The notes: generated by a model from the sequence alone, not told the origin. Shown: positions 41,423 through 52,205, numbered from the stretch's first letter. The stretch: DNA of 64,000 nt from Candidatus Bathyarchaeota archaeon (GCA_963734505.1 CAVTHH010000011.1:8196-72195), one strand, 5' to 3'. Program-made: numbers and translations.

Positions 41423-41620
41423 TCCTCAGAGAACAACTTACGACAATTCCTTTGGTGATCTATAATCCGTTAAACATCTACCTGCTTTCTTACTTTCGGA
41501 TTTATGTTCCCTGCCATAATATGCAAAGCAAAAGAAAACCAACAAGTTGCATTTATTATCTATTTCAGAACGATATAGAATGAATGCTCCAATTTTCTTA
41601 GCCCTGGTCAAAGAACGGAG

Positions 41621-42460
41621 TCAATGACGGGAAGATTCTGCGGATTCTATTTTGCTTTTGATGTTCCGAATGAATTCCTGGGGTAACCTCGTTCTCCTAG
41701 CTATCTCTTCCGTTTCCTCAGCTACCAACTGATTTATGAGAATAATACCGGAATCAACAAGCTGCAGCCTTACGTCTGTTTTTAAGCCCCTGATGCAACT
41801 AAGCGGGTAAAGACTCTTTTCCAGGATTATATCACGCAGGCCAAGATCAGCAGGCGTACTCCACCCAATCTGCATGATATTCCGGCAAATCCCATACTGC
41901 ATGGCTTGTTCCGAGTATTTGGTGTTGGTGACAATCATTGCTTCATCGATTTTCAAATCGATCAAGCCAAGGTTGAAACCCTCACTCACGTCTTCCAATA
42001 CCGCTCTCGCTATGCGGCTTTCGTCCAATCCTGTGAAAGCGTGATAGTTGTAATGGTGTTTTGCCTCAACAAAGTAAGTTACACCATCCTTTCTTGCGAT
42101 CGCGTCAACCTCATGCTCAATACACTTTCCCTTCAATATTTTGTTGGGGACAACCTCAAAACCGATGTTTGCTAGCAAGATCTGGACGAATTTTTCAAAC
42201 TCAGGCTTTGAATTCATCAAGCTTAAACCTCTTCTTAAGTCATATAACCGGCTTGCCTGAGGTTTGTATTTGTGGATGAACTGGAAAATCATCTGCAAAA
42301 CCTTTGCTGTTGGCATTCCATCGTAGACTCTGCTTTCGATCTTCCCAGCGATTTCCTCCGCATCTTGCTTGGTTGCTCCCATACGCATGCAAGTGGCAAC
42401 AATTTTGTTTCTGTCGAACTGCTGCCTTGAGCTGTCAGCCTTGGTAACCATAAACCTCAA
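41621..42460 (-). CDS. ATP-cone + Mrr-like PD-(D/E)xK endonuclease domain protein
   Basis: VTKADSSRQQFDRNKI (ATP cone); FEKFV..LL...GF, HEVDAIA...FVEAK, IVTNT. Confidence 0.85.
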   Translation of the reverse strand: MRFMVTKADSSRQQFDRNKIVATCMRMGATKQDAEEIAGKIESRVYDGMPTAKVLQMIFQFIHKYKPQASRLYDLRRGLSLMNSKPEFEKFVQILLANIGFEVVPNKILKGKCIEHEVDAIARKDGVTYFVEAKHHYNYHAFTGLDESRIARAVLEDVSEGFNLGLIDLKIDEAMIVTNTKYSEQAMQYGICRNIMQIGWSTPADLGLRDIILEKSLYPLSCIRGLKTDVRLQLVDSGIILINQLVAEETEEIARRTRLPQEFIRNIKSKIESAESSRH

Positions 42461-42636
42461 AAACGTTCCACCCTCTCAAACTTAATTGCTAGGAAGCCAC
42501 ATAAGTCTTACCCAATTTAGCTTTAGCCTCTCACCCTAATCAGATTAGCGTAGCATGTGCTCCTGCCCAAAGTCCGTTAATTCGAGACTGGATATGTTTT
42601 TAAGGACTATGATTGTGAGAGTTCAAGCTGATACAA

Positions 42637-43251
42637 ATGTACTTCAAACAGGTGCAGCAGCACGGCGACAACTTCTCATACGTCATCGCAGACGAAAAAA
42701 CGCAAGAGGCAGTCGTTGTGGACCCAAGTTTCAACGCCGGCGAGATAACACGTACCATGAGAGAAAAAGGGTTTCACTTGAAATACCTCATAACCACGCA
42801 CGGGCACTCTGACCATACCGCTGGAAACGAAGAACTCCGCTTCAATTTTGGCGCCAAGACAGTCGCCCACAAACTATCCCGAACACAACCAGACCTCGCT
42901 GTTCAAGATGGCAGCATAATTCTCCTAGGCGCAATTGAGATCAAAGTGATCTACACTCCGGGACACACTCCCGACGGAATATGTCTTCTCATCGATGGAA
43001 AAAAACTGTTGACAGGTGACACACTATTCGTAGGGAACTGCGGCAGAACCGACATGCCAGGAGGAGACTCTGCAACCCTATACTACAGCCTATTCGACAA
43101 ATTGTCGAAACTGAGTGATGACATTGAAGTGTACCCTGGACACGATTACGGACATAGACCTCGCTCAACAATTGGGGAAGAACGCAGGACAAATTTCGTC
43201 CTCAAACCACGCACCGTCCAAGAGTTCGTAGACTTTATGAGTACCCCATAG
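42637..43251 (+). CDS. metallo-beta-lactamase fold hydrolase (glyoxalase II/ETHE1-like)
   Basis: THGHSDH, TPGHTP, TGDTLF, YPGHDY. Confidence 0.9.
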   Translation: MYFKQVQQHGDNFSYVIADEKTQEAVVVDPSFNAGEITRTMREKGFHLKYLITTHGHSDHTAGNEELRFNFGAKTVAHKLSRTQPDLAVQDGSIILLGAIEIKVIYTPGHTPDGICLLIDGKKLLTGDTLFVGNCGRTDMPGGDSATLYYSLFDKLSKLSDDIEVYPGHDYGHRPRSTIGEERRTNFVLKPRTVQEFVDFMSTP

Positions 43252-43711
43252 ATTTGGACCATTGTGTAGGACCGACAAAACAATTCTTCTATAGTAAAAG
43301 GAAGAAAACTCCATCGTCTAATTGTCTGATCATTGAACTGCGTTGATACTGACTGTGAAGCTTGACCAATCGCTTCCAAGGGCTTAAGTGTCACTTAATT
43401 TTGTTCTATGTGAGTCAAACATTGAGATCCTGATTAAGGGAAAATATGCGATAGCTCCGACTTCATTATTTATCGTAGCTGAACAGTTCGACATTGGCAT
43501 TGATCCAAAGTGGGAAAAGGGGCTATTTCGCTCAGGGACTTATTCACACGCGCGCACGGTATGCTAGCAGGGCCACTTCATGACAGTTTGAATCGAGAAT
43601 ATTAACGAGTGCTACGTATTGTCAATTCTAAAAATAGAAATTCTAAAATCCAAGAAGCATGGAGTTGTTGGATAGTTCTCACGCGTATCCAGGGCGTGAT
43701 ATCTAAAGAAA

Positions 43712-46606
43712 ATGCTTCCACCGATGAAGAAAAGGAGAGTCGATTGTGCCAGCGGAAGGATTTTAATAGTTGCTACGATAGTCGTCGTTCTTTCTGTAAG
43801 TCTGTTCACGGTTGAAGCGTCAGCCGCGAACGTGACGCTGGCTGAGACTCTCAACAAAACAATCACCAATGTTAACTGGGCTGATTCAAACCCGCTCACT
43901 GCCACATGGGGCATTATACTAGCAAACAAAAACATGACCGCCCTTGACGATGCAATCAACCAAAGCATAGCCAAAAGAAACTATATCAACGCCCTACATA
44001 TCACCAGACTCGCCGAATTGAATCAATACAGCTCAACCTCGATTTCACAAGGTGCAGAAACCGCACTTCAACAAATATCCATGTGCGGAAGCCTGCCAAT
44101 AAATTTTGCAGCAAACGGCTACGGCGATCCAGATCTGACAAATAAGGGTTGCTTTCTGGTATACAACCGCTTTCTGATATGGGCATACAAGTTTGCAGAA
44201 GAGTACAACCTCACAAGCAAATGGGACAAGAATAGAGCATTTGCTGATTTCGCAAGAATGTCTAACAAACCTCCCGCCAACAGTGCATCCGGAGAAATGC
44301 TGTGGTGCGATCCCCAGGAGAACTGGGCAAATTCATTTTCAAGCAGATATTACGACGAACACGCCGAGACCCTGAGCGTGTTCTTGAAGTTCTATGAAAT
44401 CGGGGTCCAAGAAGCCTTGGCCTACGCTGATGTAGCTTGGACCGGAGTCCAAAGCCATTGGAACGGTCAGTACTATGGTTATACAGGCAGTTCAAACGTT
44501 GAATGTGAAATGGGCAGTTTTGCCAGAATTATTGGCGAATACAGACAAGAAAAGGGAGGCAACTTCTCAGATTGGGAAAGAGTCATTCAAGACTTGAACT
44601 ACAAACTGCTGGCGAAAGGTTGGAGTTCACCCGGTTGGGCTAGCCCAGGAGTCATCGTTCATGCAGAAAGCAACTCGCAGTTGAGACTTTGGGAGACCCT
44701 GAGTGCTATAACAACGCTCCATCAGCTCTTCCCTCAACTGACTTCAAACATGAAACAAAGCTTTGCAGATTTACTCATGGGGCAAACCCCGGCATGGAAA
44801 GGCCTGATCGAAAGTGGGTTGAACAACAACGGCTATTTCCGAGGAGTCGACCCAGGTTCTCAATCTTCCAACGAAGCGACGGCATGTGCAGCAGCAACTC
44901 TGTTTCTTGAAGGAATAGTGCCAATTACAGGTAGCCTTGCGATTCCCTTGTTGGAGGAGAATTATCCACCTGATACAACGCCGTTTCCAGTCAGAGAAAT
45001 GAAGTTCGATTACTCGAATCACAAGATCAAGATCCCAGTGAAAGCTGGTGAGCTGACATTTGTGTATGGCTCGCTACCTGTCTCGTACAATTTCACATCA
45101 GACGGAGTCTACGATATCGAATTCACAGACGACTGGAATCAAATAACAAGAGTTAACGGAGAACCCGTTGCAATAACACCGACAGAACCTCAGAAGCTGG
45201 ACGCTACCGAAGGAAATTTCAGTATTTCACTGTCATGGTCTCCACCATTATTGAGCGGAGACTCTAAAGTTACAAACTATAGAATCTATAAAGGAAACAC
45301 AACTAACGAAGAAGCTTTCTTCGCAGAAGTCGGAAACACTTTGTCTTTCATCGACAATGAAGTTTCAAAGGGAGAAGCATACTACTACCGAATCACTGCC
45401 GTCAGTCCAGTTGGAGAATCAAAACCTTCGAACGAGGCAAACGTAGCATTGTCAGGCCCAAAAACGACAGATTCGTACGACGGTCTATGGCACACTGAGG
45501 ACTTCACCATCTACCTCAAGGCGACCGATTCAAGCGGAGTATCCGAAATATATTATAGAATCAATAGTGGCGAAGCCCAAAACGTCAGTACAAAGGGTCA
45601 GCCTCAAATCACGTTCGAAAGCGGAGCAAACGTTCTAGAGTATTGGAGCATCGATACATTGGGCAACGAGGAACTTCCTCACAAAATTCTGACTCAGGTA
45701 AAACTTGATAAGACGGCCCCAACCGGCTCATTACAAATAAATGAAGGAGCAAGAGCAACACCTTCAACTTCCGTCACTCTCAGCATAACATCAACCGACG
45801 CAACCTCTGGCATTTACCAGGTCAGATTCAGCAATGACGGCGTGTGGGACGGCGAACAATGGCAGACGCCCAAATCAATTGAAACCTGGATCTTAGACTC
45901 TGAAGATGGAGCGAAGACCGTATACTGCGAGATCAGAGACAACGCAGGGCTTGTCTCAGTTAGCTATTCTGACACAATAATTCTAGATACGTCAGCTCCT
46001 GAAGGCTCAATGCAAATCAACGATGGAACAGCATACTTGAACACCACAGCAGTACAACTGCATCTGTCAGCCACAGACGTGGGTTCAGGTGTAGTTCAAA
46101 TGCGCTTTTCCAATGACAACGCTACTTGGTCAGCCTGGGAGCATTACACTACTTCAAAGTCTTGGAATCTGCAAGAAGGCGACGGCCCAAAAAGCGTCAC
46201 GGTTCAATACAGAGATGACGCAGGCACAGTCTCATCATACAGCGATTCAACAAACCTTGACACAACATCTCCAGAGGCTAATGCTGGCCCTGATAGGAAA
46301 GTGAGCACTGGTTCATTCTTATCCTTTGAAGCAAGAAACAGCACTGATCATGCCGACACTGTCGGTTATCTTTGGAATTTTGGGGACGGAACATTAGGAA
46401 ATGGCCGGTTGACAAACCACACGTATACAAATCCAGGAACCTATACAGTTCAATTGATAGTAGAAGACGCAGCTGGAAATAACGCTCAAAGCATAATAAC
46501 TGTAATAGTTCAGCCATTGCAGCCGTGGTTAATGATATGCATCGTCACATGCAGTGTTCTGGCAATCATCTTCATAACTGCATTCTCGATTAGGAAAAAA
46601 GTTTGA
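43712..46606 (+). CDS. large cell-surface protein: unknown helical N-domain + FN3 + Ig-like repeats + PKD + C-terminal TM
   Basis: signal peptide; LSWSPP...YRIY...YYYRITAV; two GS.QIN.GA repeats; WNFGDG..HTY..PGTY.V.L.V.D. Confidence 0.85.
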   Translation: MLPPMKKRRVDCASGRILIVATIVVVLSVSLFTVEASAANVTLAETLNKTITNVNWADSNPLTATWGIILANKNMTALDDAINQSIAKRNYINALHITRLAELNQYSSTSISQGAETALQQISMCGSLPINFAANGYGDPDLTNKGCFLVYNRFLIWAYKFAEEYNLTSKWDKNRAFADFARMSNKPPANSASGEMLWCDPQENWANSFSSRYYDEHAETLSVFLKFYEIGVQEALAYADVAWTGVQSHWNGQYYGYTGSSNVECEMGSFARIIGEYRQEKGGNFSDWERVIQDLNYKLLAKGWSSPGWASPGVIVHAESNSQLRLWETLSAITTLHQLFPQLTSNMKQSFADLLMGQTPAWKGLIESGLNNNGYFRGVDPGSQSSNEATACAAATLFLEGIVPITGSLAIPLLEENYPPDTTPFPVREMKFDYSNHKIKIPVKAGELTFVYGSLPVSYNFTSDGVYDIEFTDDWNQITRVNGEPVAITPTEPQKLDATEGNFSISLSWSPPLLSGDSKVTNYRIYKGNTTNEEAFFAEVGNTLSFIDNEVSKGEAYYYRITAVSPVGESKPSNEANVALSGPKTTDSYDGLWHTEDFTIYLKATDSSGVSEIYYRINSGEAQNVSTKGQPQITFESGANVLEYWSIDTLGNEELPHKILTQVKLDKTAPTGSLQINEGARATPSTSVTLSITSTDATSGIYQVRFSNDGVWDGEQWQTPKSIETWILDSEDGAKTVYCEIRDNAGLVSVSYSDTIILDTSAPEGSMQINDGTAYLNTTAVQLHLSATDVGSGVVQMRFSNDNATWSAWEHYTTSKSWNLQEGDGPKSVTVQYRDDAGTVSSYSDSTNLDTTSPEANAGPDRKVSTGSFLSFEARNSTDHADTVGYLWNFGDGTLGNGRLTNHTYTNPGTYTVQLIVEDAAGNNAQSIITVIVQPLQPWLMICIVTCSVLAIIFITAFSIRKKV

Positions 46607-47148
46607 GACATGGAAGAATTCGTTTTTTCAACCTTTGAGCTCACTGGCAAATGGAATTCTTCAACTACTAAGACATGGAAACGGGAAACCATCCTCAAAC
46701 TGGCGTCCACTTGATTGATGAAAAAAGGATCTAAGTTGAGGTGAAAGTACAATTCCTCGATTTGTCCGAGCTACATAAATTAATCCATTTCAACATTCAG
46801 ACAATTTTGTTAACACTTACTGACAGGAGTGCAAAAAGTTAAATACGCAAAGCGAGGAAAAAATGGTCGACGAACAAGGAGAAGAGAAATGTAAAGGTGG
46901 GCATGCACACAGTTTGCTATGCCAACTACTCTCGCGATTTCAACACGCGAGAAAGGCTGAAAGGACTCTGGGCAAACGATGGCCTTATAGTCATCGGGAA
47001 TTTTCCTTTCTCCTAAAACACATCCAGAGTCCCAGCAAACAAAATCTCAGGGAAAGGTTCTTGGAGCGCGCGCTCAATCATTCACTTCGAAGTCCGCAAC
47101 AGATGGCATGTGACATGTCAGGTTTATATTTTGTCTGAGAGAAGTAGT

Positions 47149-47586
47149 CTATTTGACAATCAGCACTGGGCAAGTGGCATTTTCGGCGACTCTGGAGCTA
47201 ACACTGCCTAGAGCGTAATCTCTCCGACTCATTCCTCTACTTCCAATGACAACCAAGTCAAAGTCTCCCATTTTGGCTGTCTCGATAATTACTTCATCGG
47301 GGTGCCCGTGTTCAAGTCTTGCGAACACTTGAAGAGTGGCTAACTTCTTCACTTTCTCCTCGGCCTTGGAAAGCACCATGCTGAAACTTTTCTCTAGTTC
47401 TGCAGAAGCGTCAGCAATCGCTTGGGATTTCATGAAGTTCATGGATGGAATCGGCAGGAAGACAGGGGGAACCACGGTCAGAAGTAGGAGTTTTGATGAA
47501 TATTTCTGTGCTATGTCAACTGCAAAGTCCAACGCGTTATCCGCATGGTCAGATCCATCAATTGCAACGAGTATTTTCCCAATCAT
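47149..47586 (-). CDS. universal stress protein (UspA)
   Basis: KILVAIDGS, DLVVIGSRG, LGSVS..V...A.CPVLIVK. Confidence 0.92.
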   Translation of the reverse strand: MIGKILVAIDGSDHADNALDFAVDIAQKYSSKLLLLTVVPPVFLPIPSMNFMKSQAIADASAELEKSFSMVLSKAEEKVKKLATLQVFARLEHGHPDEVIIETAKMGDFDLVVIGSRGMSRRDYALGSVSSRVAENATCPVLIVK

Positions 47587-47669
47587 TTTCTTTCCCTACC
47601 AGATGGAATTAGAGATTTAGCTATTAAATTTTCACTATGGTTGCTCATGTCCCAATGTGCAGAAAAGAA

Positions 47670-48110
47670 CTATACCTTTCGATTTTCTTCTCGAAACTCG
47701 CTCAATGCTTTTTCACAACTTTTTTGCAGCCAAAGCCATCTTCTGATATACCAGTCATTGCCCCAGACTTCTCTTTGCTCTTCCAACCATTTGTCGATCC
47801 CCGTGATCTTCTGTTTCCTAAGATTCTCTATAACTGGCAGGTGATGAGTCCAAATGGGACTATAGCAAAATTGAATCAGCTTCGAGCAGGGCAGTTCGTC
47901 GCAGTCTTTACAGGTTTCGAGATGTTTATGCTCCACGCAACACTTGTAGATGTCGCAGCCTACATGATGTTCGATTGCGGCGCAGGTTCCACACATGCAC
48001 CCGCAACCGTGGCATGATTTATACTCTAAGTAATCAACACAAGCACCACAATACAGACCGCAAGGAGCAGCCAGTTTTCGACAATCAATGACACTCGATT
48101 CTTTTCCCAT
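47670..48110 (-). CDS. DUF3795 Cys-rich protein
   Basis: APCGLYCGAC, CHGC, CDIYKCC, TC.DC.ELPC. Confidence 0.85.
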   Translation of the reverse strand: MGKESSVIDCRKLAAPCGLYCGACVDYLEYKSCHGCGCMCGTCAAIEHHVGCDIYKCCVEHKHLETCKDCDELPCSKLIQFCYSPIWTHHLPVIENLRKQKITGIDKWLEEQREVWGNDWYIRRWLWLQKSCEKALSEFREENRKV

Positions 48111-48172
48111 GATTTGAACATAATAATAACTTCAAATATATAATTCTGGACGAGACGAAAGAGCGGAAGGAC

Positions 48173-48674
48173 ATGACGCAGAATATTACCATTAGAAACT
48201 ACCAAAGCCTCTGATAGGGAAACTTGTCGTTCCCTGTGGCGAGAACTCACTGAGTGGCATCGTCAGATCTATCAAGACTCCACAATCGGTGGAGAAAATC
48301 TCGGAGAGCACTTTGATAACCACTTGTCCAAGGTGGGACCTTCAAGAATATGGGTTGCCACAATTGATTCAGAAGTTGTTGGATTAATCGGACTCGACGT
48401 ATCGGGCTACGAGACTGAAATAGAACCCCTCATAGTCACCAAAGCACATCGATACAAGGGAGTGGGAACAAAACTTGTTGAAAAAGCCATTCTTGAAGCG
48501 CGAAAAACCGGAACTAGTCTAAATGTTTCACCAGTGGCAAGGAACACAGATGCAATTCATTTCTTCTATAATGCGGGATTTACGAATCTTGGACGAGTGG
48601 AGATGTTTATTGATTTCCGCAACCGAAAATGGAAGTCACCTTTGGAACTCAAAGGATGTAAGTTAAACTACTAG
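48173..48674 (+). CDS. GNAT acetyltransferase; one apparent indel ~48203
   Basis: ITIRNY / DRETCRSLWRELTEWHRQIY continues into track ORF with HRYKGVGTKL, AIHFFYNAGF. Confidence 0.8.
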
Positions 48675-48779
48675 CCTTCGGCTGCTAGAATAATTGTAAA
48701 CAAGCCGACTTTTTCGGCACGCTGAGAACAACTCCGAAAAAAAGGAGGGCGGATAGAAGGAACTGCTCAACGTGTTTGG

Positions 48780-48989
48780 CTATTTCTTTCTGGTAACGAC
48801 GAAGGCAATTTTCACATTGGCTCTGTATTCGACGATCTTGTTTTTTTCCACCTTTGCGTTGCAACGTTTCACGTAAACAGATTTGATGTTGTCAACGGTC
48901 TTTGCGGCATCTGCCAGTGCATTTTTAACAGCATCTTCCCAGCTAGTTGGCGAGCTGCCTATCAGTTCGATTATCTTTACTACGGCCAT
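48780..48989 (-). CDS. dodecin family protein
   Basis: KIIELIGSSPTSWEDAV...IVEYRANVKIAF. Confidence 0.9.
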   Translation of the reverse strand: MAVVKIIELIGSSPTSWEDAVKNALADAAKTVDNIKSVYVKRCNAKVEKNKIVEYRANVKIAFVVTRKK

Positions 48990-49093
48990 TTTTCTAGACT
49001 CCCACTATTCTTAACAGAAAACAACTATTAATATTATCCCTGAGAAAGATCTCGGTATTCTTTCCGGCGCAAGGTTATTGTATTGATTCGACG

Positions 49094-49420
49094 TCATTTT
49101 CCATGCTGTTTCCAGCCGTGCCAAGTCAATCTTGCACCATAATAGAAAAAAACGCTACCAACAATAAGCAAAATGATGCCGTACACAACGGTGTTGTAAA
49201 ACGCCAAGTTATAGGGTTCAATACTTAGGCGCCAAAGGAAAAAGGGACCATATTCGTATGTCGCCTCGACAATGACAAACAGCATTAGTATGGCGAATGC
49301 GGACAGGAAGATCGTGCCGGCTTTAAGTGCGTGTTTCTCGATTGCCGCCATCTTTTGGTTGAACCTCGAACCCGCTGAACCTTCTGGGTAGTCATCTTCC
49401 CAATCTCTTTCTTCACCCAT
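49094..49420 (-). CDS. hypothetical membrane protein
   Basis: two TM helices. Confidence 0.6.
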   Translation of the reverse strand: MGEERDWEDDYPEGSAGSRFNQKMAAIEKHALKAGTIFLSAFAILMLFVIVEATYEYGPFFLWRLSIEPYNLAFYNTVVYGIILLIVGSVFFYYGARLTWHGWKQHGK

Positions 49421-49578
49421 GGCTTACATGTCACTCTCTGATTTTCAGTACCTGTTTCAAGGCCTGACAGAAATCATTAGGCGCTTATACGGAAAAACCT
49501 TTTCAAAGTAGTGGGCTGGAGAACAAGACGACGAAGCTTGAGGAGGTCCTACCGCTTCGGACAGACAGGCTGTTGCTG

Positions 49579-49638
49579 TCATTCGTCTCCTTCTTCGTCC
49601 CAACCCTCGTCGTCTTCAATATACTCTTCATCAGACAG
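49579..49638 (-). CDS. putative 19 aa ultra-acidic peptide, CTG start
   Basis: GAGGTG SD 7 nt before CTG; (M)SDEEYIEDDEGWDEEGDE. Confidence 0.35.
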   Translation of the reverse strand: MSDEEYIEDDEGWDEEGDE

Positions 49639-49772
49639 TTGCCAGCACCTCAGGTGAACCGATAAAGCGGAAGAGGTACTAAATCTTTTCTGAATTTTGG
49701 AAGAGCGCACTTTAATAAATGAAGGAATTGCATCTGCTTAGCTTAAGACTCTAAAGCATCCTTGACGAGTGA

Positions 49773-50387
49773 CTATTGCGAGTTTGCTAGGAATTGAGTT
49801 ATCCCGACCAGTATGAACTGAACGGCAATTGCGGCAAGTAGCAAAGACATGACTCGCGCGATAACAACTGACCCAGTCTTGCCAAGAACCCTATAGATTG
49901 AGTTAACATACCGAAGGATAACCCAAGTCAAAAAAAGCACAATCAATACCGAAATAATCGTGACAAGCGTGCCGTACAATTTAAGGTTAAGTATGGTTGT
50001 AGTTATGGCCCCTGGACCCACAAGAAGAGGCATAGCAATCGGAACAGCGCCCAAGCTTTCCATAGGTTCAGTACTCTCATAAAGCGAGCCTGAAACCAAG
50101 ATCTTCATTGACGTAATCAATAAAAGCAGCCCACCTGCAATCCTAAAACTTTCAACCGAAATGCCAAAAATAAGGAATATTTCATGACCAGTGAACGCAA
50201 ACACCAAAAGAAGGACGACACCGACAAAGATGGCCGTGTTGAAAACTTTGCTCCTCTGAGCATTACTAAACTTCTCGGTCAACCCCATGAAAATTGGAAC
50301 ATTTCCGAAAGGATCCACGATAATGAACAAGACCAAAGCTGCCTTTACAATATCTGTAAGAGTACCAGCTACAACTTCAGACATCAA
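49773..50387 (-). CDS. MarC family membrane protein
   Basis: VDPFGNVP.F, FRIAGGLLL, VPIAMPLLVGPGAI, RVMSLLLAAIAVQ. Confidence 0.92.
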   Translation of the reverse strand: MMSEVVAGTLTDIVKAALVLFIIVDPFGNVPIFMGLTEKFSNAQRSKVFNTAIFVGVVLLLVFAFTGHEIFLIFGISVESFRIAGGLLLLITSMKILVSGSLYESTEPMESLGAVPIAMPLLVGPGAITTTILNLKLYGTLVTIISVLIVLFLTWVILRYVNSIYRVLGKTGSVVIARVMSLLLAAIAVQFILVGITQFLANSQ

Positions 50388-50572
50388 ACCATCATCAAGC
50401 TATTTGACACGAACTGAATAAAAGCGTTAATCTAAATCAGACACGAGAAAACATTTGATTCTGTGAAAGATGCCAGAACAAACAGGGTCTCGGATGTTTT
50501 TCCAAGAGCCTAGCCAGAAATAGAACCTACCGCTTGACGGTTAAGACCCTTAGTCCTTTGAGAGGGGGCATT

Positions 50573-52205
50573 CTACGTCTCTATGTTTCGTTTAGTTTGA
50601 AACTCCTTCTCGATTTTCATTTCTCTTCGTTTCTTGTTATAGCTCAATGCATAGTTATGTGCTGCGTCTCTTATCTGACGAAGCAAAAGCATCATTCGAC
50701 TACTCGTATCAAACTGTCGAGGCATAGAGTCACCGGGGAGATGAATCTCTTCATGTTCCTTTGCCAGGCCGATTAGGGGAAGCTGGAGCCCCAGCATTTG
50801 CAGAGCCAGTTCTAGCCGCCGAAACCTGTCCAAGACCGCCATCAACAACTATCAAATCCGGCATCGAGGCTTTCTCCTCCAATAGACGCCTGTATCGTCT
50901 CATTACTGCTTCATTGACGCTGGCGAAGTCATCTTGCCCTGGAACCGTTTTGATCCTGAACCTACGGTAATTGCTCTTGTTTGGCTTTCCGTCAACAAAT
51001 CGCACCATACCAGCAACAACATGCTCACGCCCTAAATTGGAAATGTCAAAACACTCTATCACACTAGGAAGCGCCGCTAAATTGAGCGTAGTCTGCAAAT
51101 CAGCCAAAGGACCCTCTTCGTCTATAGCGGACTCGATATTTTTCTCGGCAAGTTTAACCAAGGCAAATCTGTCGCCTCGCCGAGGAACGCAGAGAGTTAC
51201 TCGTCCTCCTCTTCTATGGGAAAGAAATTCCTCCAAAGCTGCCTTTTCTGAATTATCTGTCCAACACGGCAAGTTTAGTAAGATCTCCCTTGGAATTTGA
51301 CTACAGGAATAGAAAGCCTTCAGGAAATCCTGTTCAATCTGCGGCTGAAAATCTAGAGAAAACTCCTTCTTTCCAAGTAGTACGCCTTTCCGTATGCCCA
51401 TATGGACAGCAAGTTCCTTCTCCCCAAACCGTTTAAACGCCATCACGTCCTGGTCAAAATGTCTCTCATTATCAACTATCTGGCGCTCTGTGAGAAGTCG
51501 AATGGAGGCAATCTGATTGCGAAGTTCAAGAGCACGTTCATACTTCTGTTCTTTTGACGCAAGGTTCATCTGTAGGAGAAGCATCTGCATTGTTTGCTCA
51601 TAATTGCCATTCAAGAAATAGCGGGCAAACTCAACTTGCTCAGCGTACTGTTCAGCGGTAACGCGACCGCTACATGGCGCTGTGCAAAGGCCTATGTGAA
51701 AATTAAGGCAAGCTCTCTTCGGTAGCTTCTTGCACACTCGGAGTTTGAAGATTCTTACGACGAGCCTCTGCAAATCTTGCCTAGTGAAGCCGTCCGTGTA
51801 AGGTCCAAAAGATTCCAGTTTCCGAGACACCTTTCTGCTGGTTAGTATCCTCGGAAAGGTCTCTCTGGTAAGCGCAATGTAAGCAAACGTCTTGGCGTCT
51901 TTGAGATTAACGTTGTATCTAGGTGTATGTTGTTTGACTAGTTTGTTCTCGAGCAGGAGAGCTTCGACTTCATTATTTACGACGATCCAGTCTATGCTGC
52001 GGATTCTAGCCACAAGTTGTTTTGTCTTAGTAGGCTGGTCAGAGTTGGAGAAATATGAGCGGACGCGAGAACGGAGACTCTTAGCCTTCCCGATGTACAA
52101 GACGTCTCCTTTTTCATCCTTGAAAAGGTAGACTCCTGGGTCTGCAGGAATCTCGGAGCTATTGAATTCTGATGGACTAATTAAGGGTATCAATTGGAGA
52201 TGCAA
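50573..52205 (-). CDS. uvrC: excinuclease ABC subunit C, lacking C-terminal HhH; one apparent indel ~50810
   Basis: PGVYLF...YIGKAKSLRSRV (GIY-YIG), ECFDISN, VVDGG.GQ / GLAK..EE...QIRD.AH. Confidence 0.9.

Noticed and set aside
8070-50820. Programmed ribosomal frameshifting
   Set aside because: The shifts go in both directions in unrelated genes with no common slippery heptamer or downstream structure. Sequencing error is simpler.
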